Origin: Rhizophagus irregularis
Lineage: Eukaryota
Assembly: GCF_026210795.1 (NCBI RefSeq)
Contig: NC_089430.1
Coordinates: 3,100,001 to 3,164,000, forward strand
DNA: 64,000 nucleotides
Direction of reading: 5' to 3'
Part shown: positions 26,996-39,785 of the stretch, in pieces
Layout of the letters: each line of letters opens with the position of its first letter
Position numbering within the stretch: position 1 is the stretch's first letter
The notes under the pieces: generated by a model
What the model saw: only the letters and a program-made list of their open reading frames with translations
Databases searched by the model: none
What the model was told of the DNA's origin: nothing
Translations under genes and position numbers: made by a program

Positions 26996-27983
26996 TAAGA
27001 TAATGAAAGATTATTGGTTAATTTATTTCTTCATTTAAAATATGAGATAGACTTAAATCAAAAAAGGTTTTTGATATATTCTATTTTTTTTGATTCGAGA
27101 TTATTTTAGAAGATCGTAATATAATTTTTTAAAAAATAAAATAAAATAAAATAAAATAATGCTTTTGATTATTATCATTATTACTTGTAATTGTTTTTAT
27201 TCTTGGATCCTTTGTGAAAAAATTACATTATTAAAACTATTCATTAATTTTTTACCATTGTTCCTAGATAAGATAGACACGACTTTCATACTTCACGTCG
27301 AATCTGGCTATTCTGGTATATATATTTTTAGAAATTCTTTTTAAAAAAAAGAAAATATTCAAATTAAATATTTTAACAAATATTTACTTATATTATAAAA
27401 ATGAAATTTGAAATACCTCCACTACAGTATATAACAAAAGTTCTGATGAAGGTCAATCATCAAAATACATGGTTATTATTAGTTAATTTTATCTTTAGAC
27501 GAGAATTATTTCTTTATATGTGACATTTGAACGTAAATTGTGATTCTGCTGACATGCAAAGAATTACCGGTAAATTTTATATTATTTCATTTTTAGTATT
27601 TAATCATTATCTAAGTTTTCAGATGTTTTATGAAATTCTCTTATTAGAGTCGTACCTTTATTTCGTAGTCCATCCAGTGTATTTAAATTATGTCCGGTAT
27701 ATATAATTGGTCATTGGACATCTGATTGATGTATGTCCAATTAGGTTTTCATTACTCATTTCAACTAAATTTTCTAGGATATGGTAAAAAATGTTGCACA
27801 ATTAATAATATTTATCCTACGAAAGAAGAATCACGTGGGCCGTTGAACATATTTATAAATTCTCGGAAGTTGGTCGGCGTTTAATAACGCGAAGATTCAT
27901 GAACTTACGATCGTAATCAAGTAATTAATATGATCATTAAATGCTAGGCAATTGTGTAAAAATGCTTCGGTTAGCATCAAAGA

Positions 27984-28607
27984 TTATATTAATAAAGAAT
28001 GATTATGTTGATCTTGAGTGTTCGAGAGGTATTGATCAAGGTGAGTTGCACACTCTTGCACAAATTCTTCAAAACTGAATTTTGTTACATTAGGATCCAG
28101 TTCTTGTATAATTCTGCTAAATATATATATTATAATAACATAGTTATTCAGAGTTTTGAGTCCTCCTAACCTACATGCTAGAGGAACATTTGGAACCCTC
28201 ACGAATACCGGAGCCGGAACGAAGGAGCTCATTCTTTTAGTTGTCATTCCTTATTGTATTTACAATGGTATTTGCAATTCACTGATTATGTAAATTTTTG
28301 TTTGTGGTGATGGTAATGGTGATGGTGATGATGGTGATAGACCAGACGTTTATACATTGGTCAGACGCTTTTTATATTGACCATTCAATGGGGCAAGAAA
28401 CTGTGTTGCTTTAATGAAGGAAATCTCAACTCTATTACTTAGAACAAAACAAGATAGACATTTCGTTGCTTTCAATTGTGCCAATTGTGCCAGTTTTGAG
28501 AACATATGGCTATACCTTAGTTTACTTTTACGCAAGTAAAATAATTTTGTTTTTGAACATACCACTTCTTTCTTTCTAAAATATAGTATAATCGAAAAAT
28601 TACTCAT
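27984..28607 (-). pseudogene. Possible disrupted gene of unknown function
   Basis: ORFs 28607-28350 and 28247-27984 are in one frame, separated by three TAA stops and an SPSPSP tract. There is a plausible in-frame 54-nt GT-AG intron at 28170-28117. Confidence 0.3.
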
Positions 28608-29117
28608 AGGTTCAGGTATAAAGGGAGGTAATTCTTGTTGAATAATTGAATAATTAAAATTTCTATTAAATTTTTTACGCGTTTTATAGTCATGTGATCT
28701 CGAAACTAATTTAATTTTTTGAAAGGAAAAATTGAAAGAAATTATTTTTTTTTATAAAAAAAAAAAATTTCGTGATTAAAACCTTTAATAGATTAAAGTT
28801 TTTCGAAGAAGTGGTACGAACTATAATTGGTCGTTAAATGAACTTTATCGTTTGACGCGTGAGAAAATTAGGACGTGTTAAGAATTAGATGATGTCATCG
28901 ATTGGTTGTATAACTTTTTAAACTTTGTGATTTCGTGATTAAAAGTTTAAATAGTTTATAGTTTAATAGTTTAATAAAGTTAGTTTATTACATAAATAAT
29001 TCTAAGTTTAATACTCTAAATTATACATTCGTCAAGTTATCATTGTTAAATTAAAAATTATTCTTTTTTTGCAATATAAATATATATTGAAATATTGAAA
29101 ATACTTTTTTTATACTC

Positions 29118-29122
29118 TAATA

Positions 29123-29156
<34 letters not shown>
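29118..29156. repeat. (AAT)n microsatellite
   Basis: Direct reading of the AATAATAAT run. Confidence 0.9.
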
Positions 29157-29328
29157 TGTATATATATAAATCTAAAATAAATAATAATAAATGTTCAAAA
29201 ATTATACTAAAAGAAAATATATATATATATATTATATATATATATATATAAAAATTAATGATATATCTAAAATTAAAAAAAAAATAATAAAAAAAGTAAA
29301 AAAAAAAAGATTATTTTATTATTTTTTT

Positions 29329-30177
29329 TTATAAATTAAAGTTAAGAGAAGAATATTTAAGGATTTCATTTTTATCAAAAACATTACCAACAATCTTTAA
29401 ATCAAAATAATTTGGTTCAGGTTCATATTTAAATCTCTTATCTAAACTCCATCTTATATCAGGTATATATTTTTTAATATAATGTTCAATTGGTTTAGGA
29501 AACATTTCTAACATAAAATAACCACTAGAAACGTAAGGTTTTAATAATTTATCAATATTAGGTTGAGAATGAATTGATTTTGGTACATCTTTTGTTGGTA
29601 ATCTATCATAAAATTTTACATGTAAAATATTTTGATAATCTTGTCTTGCTAAACATATAGATTCCAATAATGCTTTAACAAATCCATCCAATTTTATTGC
29701 TAATAATTTATATTCTTCTTCAGCGCTCATATTATGTTTATCAGGTGACATCTCTTTCATTGGAATTTGAAAATAATCCAATTCTTTCAAAAGTTCTTTT
29801 CGAGTTACAAATGTATAACAACAAAAATTTGTTGTTTTGGTATCAGTATCTTCTTGACTTGGCCAAATAATTTCTCCTGTACGATAAAATTCTAATATAT
29901 AATGGAATGCTTTCCCATTACGATCAATAAAATATTCATTATCATTAGTTGGATGTAATAATGCATGATTACGTTCTTGAAACATCGTTCCGAGTAACGT
30001 TTCTGGATATGCTGTTAAAGTAGATCGATACGTTTCATACTAACAAACGAATTATAAGAGTTCGAAGATCAGTATATTTCAAATAATAAGGTAATAAACC
30101 ATGACGTAAACAAATTTTACCTTAACTCCACCAACATTTAATATAATTCGTTCTTTACTCAAATTGTAATCCCCCAT
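29329..30177 (-). CDS. BTB/POZ (KCTD/T1-type) domain protein
   Basis: Exon 1 30177-30121 (MGDYNLSKERIILNVGGVK), intron 30120-30040, exon 2 YETYRSTLTAYPETLLGTMF...EYFIDRNGKAFHYILEFYRTG...ELDYFQIP. Confidence 0.9.
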
Positions 30178-30814
30178 TATCTTTTTCTTTGAATTTTTTA
30201 AATTAACAAATTATTTAATAAGAATATGAACCGATGAAGGATGAACCGATGAAGAAAAAGTCAAATCAGATCATATAAAAAAAAAATCTTTTTATTTTTT
30301 TTTTCCAAATTAAAAAAAAAAATTGAAAGAAAAAAAAAATTAATAAACATATTACTTACCTATTTATGTTAGTTATAGGCTGAATTATCGTATATTTTAG
30401 GCAAATCTTCCCACTCCGATTGTTCCACGTATTTTGTACGACTTTTCGATTACACAATACGCAGTAATAAATATCACTTTAGTCTTTAGTTCATAAATAC
30501 AGATGGATAACGCGAAGATCAGGGACTCTTCTCTAGGAAAGATATGGTAGAATAATTTTAATTATTTTGTTTTACACATAAATAATTTGTTATGACTAAA
30601 AAAAATCATTTACAGTTTTACAATGCAAAGAATCAAAAAGTTGTGATGATAATTCTGCGCCATCAAAAATAAGTATCTTTGTATCCTCCTTTATTTCAAA
30701 TTGAATAATTGAAAAAAGTACAATACAAAAATATTTAAATAAAATAACGAAATTCAAAATTAATTTAAATAAATAAATAATTGGAGACAAAATCAAAATT
30801 TCAAATCAAATTAT

Positions 30815-32076
30815 TTAACGAAAGATTACAACATCCTGTCTCATAACAACCAAAAATCTACCATCACCTTCACCAAAACTAATACTTTTCAATCCACGAA
30901 TTTCAGCTTGACGATGTAATTGTTTTCTTTGATAAGCACTTAATTCTTTTGGAAATTTCAGGACTCTTTCATCACTTACATCAAATCTTTTCAACATCTT
31001 AATCATTACAGTGGTTAAATCATCATGAGAATAACCCTCAAAATTCACGCCTGAATTAAAATTTTTAGGAGTAACATAATTTGTCAAGATTGTACGATTA
31101 AAGTCTTCTTCCCCTTTACCTATATTAGGTCTTCTTGGTTTAGGTTGATTACGTATTTCATGCGAAAATTTCCACTTATTATTATCAGAATTTTTAGATT
31201 GATTCATTTTATTTTCTAAATCTTTACGTCTTGGGGCCTTTGGTGGCTTTTGATTTACCGATTGCGACTTCATTTGATGACGTTGATGATGTTTTGATGG
31301 TTGTTTTTGTGAATGATTAGACTTACTTTCTTTTTCTTCTGGAGGTAATTCATTATTATCATCAGTTGAAGTTTTGTCTTGACGTTTCTTTTTCCATTCT
31401 CTATTCTCAGCATGACTGAGATTTAATAAAAATATATATAATATATTATATATTTTATAGTTATATATATATATATATATAAATATATAAGTTTTTACCT
31501 AAATGGAAAAAATTTTCCAGCAACAGCCCAACATTTTGCTAATTCTCGTCTGTAAAATTTTTTCTTATTTTCAACATTCTTTTCCCATTCAATATAAGAT
31601 TTATTTTTAGCTTTACCTTTTTTACCAACACTTTTACTAAAATCTTCTTGATTTTTCCAATCATCTAATAATTGATTATAACCATCCCATTCATACATAT
31701 TATCAGTCCATTTTGAAGGTTCAACTCCACTTTCTTCAATTACAACTTTATCAATATATTTATGCATTTTAAATGTAATATCATTTTGATTGGTAAATTC
31801 TGGATGTAAATTTTTGGTAAAAAGGTACAATTTATTTAATGAAGGAATTGTTACCATTTGAGATAATAATTGTTGTTTGGTTAATACTCTTAAAGTTGAA
31901 CATGTTAAAGATAAAGAAGTTAAAGTTGGAATATCTTCAAGGTAAGAAATTATTTGTGTCCAAGTTTCAACAGGACAAATTTCTAAAGCAAGTTTCTTTG
32001 GTTCTTTTAAAGATTCAAGGAATTCTTCCTTATCAGAAATATCTAAATCATCTAAATCAATTTCATTCTCACTCAT
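30815..32076 (-). CDS. F-box-like + C-terminal R3H domain protein (~392 aa)
   Basis: Intron 31498-31416 joins ORFs 32076 and 31273 in frame. F-box-like CPVETWTQIISYL..IPTLTSLSLTCSTLR; R3H FPKELSAYQRKQLHRQAEIRGLKSISFGEGDGRFLVV. Confidence 0.8.
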
Positions 32077-32464
32077 TTCTTTAAAGAAAGATTTTTTGGG
32101 GGAGTTTTTTTTTTTTCAAGAAAAATACGAAAAATTCGGGTTCGAAAGAAATAAAAAGGGGAAGACCTTTTTTTTATTAAAAAAATGAATAATTATTAAT
32201 TTATATATAATAAATTATTTTTGATAAACAAGATAACAAGAACTAAACGGGTGTTACCCAATGATTTTCCCATGCTATACTTAATTACTTTTTAAAATAC
32301 GTAATTATACGTAATCTAGCTTTTGTGGTAACTGACCACTGACCATAAACAAAACCCTTATTTAGATGAAAAATTAACCGAAGACTTTGAAATAAAAATT
32401 TAAAAAATTTTATTAACTGGAATTTTTTTTTAAAAAAAAAAATAATAATCGATTAATTTTATTA

Positions 32465-32805
32465 AATCTTTTAGTCAATTTTGAAAACATTAAAAAAATT
32501 CACTTAAAAAATAAATACACATCCTATACTTGGATTGATTTTATTGAAACCGGTTCGATAGAATATGTTCATTTGTTTCTTTTTAGAGTAATCTTTTAGT
32601 CAATTCTGAAAACATTTTTAAAAATTCACTTAAAAATAATTACTATACTTGGATTGATTTTATTGAAACCGGTTCGTTAGAATATGTTCATTTGTTTCTT
32701 ATTAGAGTAATCTTTTAGTCAATTTTGAAAACATTTTTTAAAAATTCACTTAAAAATAAATACACATCCTATACTTGGATTGGTTTTATTGAAACCGGTT
32801 CGTTA
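32465..32805. repeat. Tandem repeat, ~2.8 x ~120 bp
   Basis: Units start at 32465, 32590 and 32709 (AATCTTTTAGTCAATT...TATACTTGGATTGATTTTATTGAAACCGGTTCG). Confidence 0.92.
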
Positions 32806-34243
32806 AAAAATAATAAACTAAACTCTTTTTAGATAATTGAAATTGAAATACTAAACTTTTTAACACGCATATATTAAAATATATATTAAAATATGGTTCA
32901 TAGAAATCTCATACATATTATGATGTGATTGGTGGATGAATCTATTGAATCATTCATGTGTGACAAATAGGAATTTAGGATTTACTGAACTGCGGAGTTT
33001 ATGTGATACAAAGTGACCCGAGTTAACAAAAAGTATTCACGGTCACATGTCATTGATGTATGCAACATCGGAGAGGCTCATCACAAATATAAAAGAACCC
33101 TTTCTAAAAGTAAAAATAAAAATAAGATAAAAATCACAAATATAAGGAACCCGAATATACCTTTATAAATGAAAACTTTGTTTTTTTAAACAATGGTTTT
33201 ATTTTTTAATAATATTAATCAGTTTTTTTTTTTCAACGATTTTTATATCGTTCTTGATGTCATCACGAGCTAATTTTCTCGATTCCCGATTAAATTTATA
33301 ATAATAATTTATTGGCCATAAGTTTACTATTTGTCAAAGAAATTCTTTTTGCGAAAAAAGTCATATATTTTTTTATTTAATACTTAAAAGTAATATTTTA
33401 TAATAAAATACGGAAAAATAAAACGCGTTACGAATAAATGCTATTATTACATAACTAACTTGATCAAGAACGATCCATTTGCACTCATGTCATAATATTT
33501 TTACTAATAAGGCACAGCCCAATGATCGCAGTATAATATTCAATAAAAAAAGACATGGGCCAAGTACAGGATTCGAACCCGAACCTTTAAATAATCGAGT
33601 CTTCATTTGGTTCATTATAACAAATTACAAAAACTTTAATAATTGAGCAAAGCCTTTAACTGTCACGTGATTTATGACAGAATAAATTTGAAAGCGCCAG
33701 GATATTAATTTAGGGTACCTACCAAAAATACATTAATACCAAAAATGATAACAGATAATATTTATTATTCAGATCAAAATTAAAATTTTTTAAATCATAA
33801 AATTCTCTTATAATTAAATCATTACAACTTGTTAAACATGTATTTTATTAAAAATTCAAACTCAGTTACAACTTAATTTGGATATGCATATATATATATG
33901 AATTTTTTTTGTTTATTTGTTTGTTTTATTATTATACGGATTAACTCGAACTGGTAATTTATAATTTTTAGTATCTGAAAAAATTGTGACGACTCGTATA
34001 ATGATTTCTACTCGTAAATTCATTGATCATTGTTCTTTTTTTAAAAATTTTTAGGGAAGACATTATTAAATCTATCTTTTTTGTTTTTTTGTTTTTTCTT
34101 TTTAATTTTGACAGAATTTAATTTTTGACGGAATAATATAATATTTTACGGAATTCAATTTTAACGGAATATTGTACATTATATCGGAAAAATGTAAATT
34201 CAAAATTCTTGAATTCTTGAATTCTTGGTTAATAAATAGTATA

Positions 34244-34360
34244 CAAATAAAAAAACCATTTTTTTTTTTCGGAAATTTTATCAAAATAAAACCATTGTTT
34301 TTTTTTTCTCGGAAATTTTATCAAAATAAAACCATTGTTTTTTTTCCCGGAAATTTTATC
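34244..34360. repeat. Tandem repeat, ~3 x ~39 bp
   Basis: Unit CAAAATAAAACCATTG(T)nCGGAAATTTTAT. Confidence 0.85.
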
Positions 34361-34696
34361 GTTTTTATCGTTTGCGATGATAATATTAATTATTTTTAAA
34401 AAAAAACATTTTTTTTTTCATTTTTTTTTCGGAAATTTTTTAATATCAATGATTCAAATAATAATGTTTTTTAAATAAATAATTAAATAATTAATTAAAT
34501 AAATAAATAAATAAAAAATGAAATAAATCTACGTTCAATAATTAATCATTATTACTCAATAATTATATATAAAATTTTGATCATTTTTATTTTGATTACT
34601 TTATCATATAATAAAATATAAAAATCATAAAAAAAAAATCTATCAACAAATGATGATACATATTAACGGTTCTTAAATTATTTTATTTTTAAATTT

Positions 34697-34727
<31 letters not shown>

Positions 34728-35057
34728 ATATACATATATATATTTTTTTTTATAAAGGTGTTTTTTTTTTAAAAAAGTTATTTTAAATATTTCATAATTT
34801 TTTTTAAAAAAATCTTGTATAAAAGGTGGTAAGATAACATATAAATAAATTAAAAGATTAATTTAAAAAGCTTAGCATATATATACAATTTGTAGGGAAT
34901 TTTTTTTTTACATGTATGAAATTGGATAAATTAAATGTTCTATAAATAAATAGTCGTAATATGACAAAGATACAATATATGTATGTAATTGTACAAGAAA
35001 GGATAGAAGAAGGAATTTAAAAAGGAAGTTAATTTAGGAAATATTTAAAAAAGAGGA

Positions 35058-35270
35058 GAAAATCTAAAGGGAATTGGAATTAGAGAATTTAAAAAGAAAA
35101 TCTAAAGGGATTTGGAATGAAAATCTAAAGGGAATTTAGAGATTCTAAAGAAAACCTAAAGGGAATTTAGAGATTTTAAAGGAAATCTAAAGGAAATTAG
35201 AGAATTTAAAGAAATCTAAAGGGAATTTAGAGATTTAAAAGAATTTAAAGGGTAAAAAGAATCTAAAGGT
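35058..35270. repeat. Purine-rich imperfect minisatellite (core AAATCTAAAGGGAATTTAGAGA)
   Basis: The TCTAAAGG core recurs about 7 times at 20-40 bp spacing. Confidence 0.8.
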
Positions 35271-38200
35271 AATAAGGTAATTTAATAATACATGAAAAAA
35301 AGAATGTATAAATAATATGCGGGAATAATGTAAAGTTGTATAAATGACATACGGAATTACGTGTAATGTAAAAAAAAGGAGTATTTTTTTTTCTTCAAAC
35401 GAATAATGAATTAATAAATGCGACGAATTTTTAGTATAATCCTTTTTTTTATTAAAAAAAAAAGGAAGTGTGCGGGAAATGTTTTTTTTTAAAAAAAAAA
35501 TAATGTAAAAAAAAATTAATTACTTAATTTTTTTTCTTACAAAATGCGACGAAACGCGTTAAAATTTTTCTTTCACCTTCAATTAAAGGAAATGAAGAAA
35601 AATTTGATTAAAAAATTAACTTTTTTTCATCCTTTTTTTTCTCGAATATTGTAAGTATCATCTAAATAAAATTCAAGAAAAAAAATTTTAATTATTCTTT
35701 TAAAAAAAATCAAGTGAATAGATTAGATAGACTTTTACTTACTGCAAATAAGGACTTCGAGACATGGATGTTAATTTGTTTCAATTCATTAATTCATTTG
35801 AATGATAAAATTAATATTTATCGGAAAAAAAAAAAAGATGCAATTTTTTTTTATATTGGGATTCAGCTCTTTATGTATTTTTTGACATTCAAAAAACAAA
35901 CCTGTCGAATTTCATTACTTACTTTAGGTTTAAACTTCCGAAAAATAACAAAACAATTATAGTGATGCACAAAATAACCTGAAATTTAATCTATATAATT
36001 AAATAATGAAAACGTATTTGTACATATTACTTTAATTACGAAAAAAAAAACAAATTTCATATTCATATGATTATTAAACAACGATATCATAATTTAATTA
36101 TCCAATAATAATGGATTTTCTTCAACAAATTTCGTGGCTTTTTGTTTACTAAATTTAGAAAAATTTCTTTCAATACACAGCCACAAATACAAATTATTAT
36201 CAAGTTTTTTCTCGATTATTTCTCTAAGCCTTCACTTGTTTCTTGATTTTTTTTTTATTATTTTATGATCGGGCCGCGCATCTTTCATGATCGATACAAT
36301 CGATCGATTTACACCGCCACATGCAGGTTTTTTATAATTGTCGAATTTTTTTTTTTTAAAAAAAAAAAAAAGGAACAAAGTTATTTTTTTTAAAAAAAAG
36401 ATTTATTTTCGCTATATCTTAACAGTTTATTCCCTGGAAAAATAGGCTCATGTACCTTGTATGTACCTTGGATTGTATTAAAAGAAAAGAAATAATAATA
36501 TATAAGTATGATGTAAATAGATAAAATAATAATTTTTTTTTTTTTTTGAAAAAAGTTCTAAGCCACAATTCTTTTATAATAATAAAAGATTTAATTACAC
36601 TCATTTTCGATCCTTTCATCCTTTTTTTAATTTCCTACTAAAGTAATGGGGTGTCATTATTTCTTAAACATTCTTTCTTGTTTTACACATTTGGATGAAT
36701 TTGTGAAGCCACGTAATTAACAAAAAAATTAATTTGCTCATGTCCATTAACCTTTAATAATACATTCATTCCCCACAATTGTTAATTACCAAAAAATAAA
36801 TTTCGAGTATATAAACGCCAAAAATCTGTGGCGTATCAGTATGTGAATTTTGTGAATTTAAATGAATTGATCAATGATGCCATTTTATAAATTTTATACA
36901 TTTTATACACATTACATTATCAACATTATCTTTTATACACTTTATGCATTATATACTTTATAATAAATTATACCTGTGCGTTATACTGTATTATAGTATG
37001 AACTTTCACGTGTAACTTTAGTTGGTTAAGTTTTTCTTTGAATTCATATTTTACCGTTCTTTTTTTTACTCTATAATTAATTAATATTACACAAAAAGTT
37101 TTCTCGAATATACATGCGAAATAACATTTCAAGTATTATTGGCAGAATCTAAGGCTCATTAATGTCATTAATGCTGACCCCTGAACCTTATAGATAAAAC
37201 GCGTAGTATATGCAAATATAAACGCATATATTTCATATTTCTGAGCGACGAATACTGATCTTTCGACTGATATAATACGGACATATCCGGATAACCTTCA
37301 TGAAATTTAGTCATTATAACAACGCGATAATTTATTTTTTTTAATAAGAAAAACAATTACTTAATAAGTTTTAATTTGTGTTACCTTTATCTATTGAACT
37401 TACCGTAAGTTTAAATATTTGTAAAAATTACCAAAATTGTCTTTTTTTACGGTAAAATTTTGTAAAAAAGTCCCGAGTTATTTACGTAATTTTATGAAAG
37501 GATTCCCAGGTAATTTTAGTCAGCGTTTTTATTGAGAGTTTCACATACACAGCATGCATTGTACGTACATTACAGATGATAACTTTAATAATATGCAGGC
37601 AATTCCGACATATATCCTATCTTTAAAAATTCTCTCATCCTGATCTATTTTATTATTATTTTTTTTTAAAAAATAAAAAAGATTACAAGGTTTAAAAAAA
37701 AAATTCATTATCAAAATCTAATCTATATATTATTAATCTTGATACTATTTTACTAATTTTAAATCATTAAGGCTAAACGGAATTTTATTATTAAATAAGT
37801 TGATTAGTAAAGTAAATTTTCTATTGGATAATTTTTTAACGCCAAAGAATATCACAATGAGAAGTCATATCATGAAGATCAATTTTTTCGGTATAACCGA
37901 TTAATACAGGAAAAATGTTAAGGAAGAATAGGTTGGTTTCGGAGTAATTCATAAATAGAAAAAAAATAATATAATATAATTTATAAAATAAGCAAATTTT
38001 TTTTTGAATTCAATATTGTAATATCGGAATATCGGGGTTTTAAGTGTTATCTGTTATGGTTGTATCACCATCAACTATTTGTTGCACTTTTGTTTATTGG
38101 TGTAAAACCTTGTCTCTTTTACAATCATTTACTTTTTGCGATACTTTTTTTGGTCAAATTTGAATTTCCATAAATGCATTGGAATAACGAAAGGTTATAA

Positions 38201-38462
38201 TTTTCCCAATTTTCCCCTTACTCTTCTTCCTTCTCACACTCTCAAACAAAAATCTTTTTGATAGTTTACAAAAGGTTTAGATTCGCAAATCATACCTTTC
38301 GGTTATACACTTTACCAATTATTATTAGATACACCGAATAATTTGCTGTATCAAAAACATTACGTAAAAATCAATATTATTTTATATAAAGGAGATGTTT
38401 TAAGAAGAAAAGATTTTTTTTTTTCAAAAAAAAACCAAAAAAACAAAAAAAAAATGTGAATT

Positions 38463-39785
38463 ATGGAATTTAATGAATTTAACCATTCTTTTCATTCTTT
38501 GAGGTTCAGTTCATTTTGCGAGTAAGTTATCATAATAGAATATATATATGTAATTCTTTAGAAATATTAGATATTCATAATACAGTATATGCTATACATA
38601 TCATTATAATATATAATATATAATCATATAATATTGATTTTTTATTTTAGTTGGCGACATAATTTAAGAAATTGTGATGATGCTCCAACACTTAAAACTT
38701 TGTTATTAATCGCAACAATAATTACTTTCATAATTTCTTTATTAACATTAACAATTTTATGCTGGAAATTAAATTATCGTTCATCTACTTGTAACAAATC
38801 ATGGAAAATATATGAATGGTCATCTATAGAATTAATATTATTTTGGATTACAATATATTGTTTATTTAGAGGTTTACACACTTTTACTATTGCTTTAGAC
38901 CTTTTTACAAATCATGTGATTTTAAGAGCTTCATTTTATGAAATTTCATTCATTCCAGGATTTTATTTGGTTCTAATTTATTTGACTAATATATTTCGTT
39001 TAATACCAAAATTAAGTTTTAATCAAACATCAAATCGTAAATCAAATATAAAAACTATTTGTATACCAAAAGATAAACAATCAACAATAATATTTTGGTT
39101 CTCATGTATATTTACGACATTAAGTTTAACTTGTTCATCTATAATTAGAGGTTATTCAATTATTTATCCAAAAAAATCTTTTTTTATAATAACAACTTTA
39201 TTGGATACTATTAATCTTATCATTCGTTTATTTCTTGGTTTTTGTTTGATATATTATGGAAGAATATCTGTTAATTTAACAAATCAAAGTATGATATTAG
39301 CAGGTATTGATGATATAAAAGATATTAATAATTGTGATTCGAATTCGAATTTAAATATGAATCATACTAATATTTTGAATAAATTACACGTTCATAAGGT
39401 AATAAATAAATTTATATTAATATTTTTTCTTATTAATAAATTATATTAATATAATCTTTTTTTTTTTTAGATGCAAATATTTAACATAATTTGTGGAATA
39501 ACTTTTATATTTTATTCATTTATAAATATTGTTCAAATGATATTCTTCAAAGATCTTATACATAATCCTTATTTTGAAATGTTTGATTTTTCTACACTTA
39601 TATTTGGAACCCCTTTATTTACTTTGATTTTAGTCATTGCAATATTATTACCGTAAGTCTTTTATATTTATAATAACAAAAGAAAATAATAATAAAAATA
39701 ATAATAATAATAATTAACATTATATAATTTATTTATATATAGGGAATGTATTAAAAAAAAAAAGGATGCTGTATTATTTATTTAA
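38463..39785 (+). CDS. Multi-pass (~7 TM) membrane protein, GPCR-like topology (~343 aa)
   Basis: Exons 38463-38521, 38651-39398, 39471-39652 and 39743-39785 splice in frame. An N-terminal CDWRHNLRNC motif is followed by ~7 hydrophobic segments. Confidence 0.75.

Noticed and set aside
27831..27840. CACGTG E-box motifs (also ~6437, 33664, 40164, 53258, 58290)
   Set aside because: Plausible bHLH sites, but several lie inside TEs and a 6-mer alone does not support a regulatory call.
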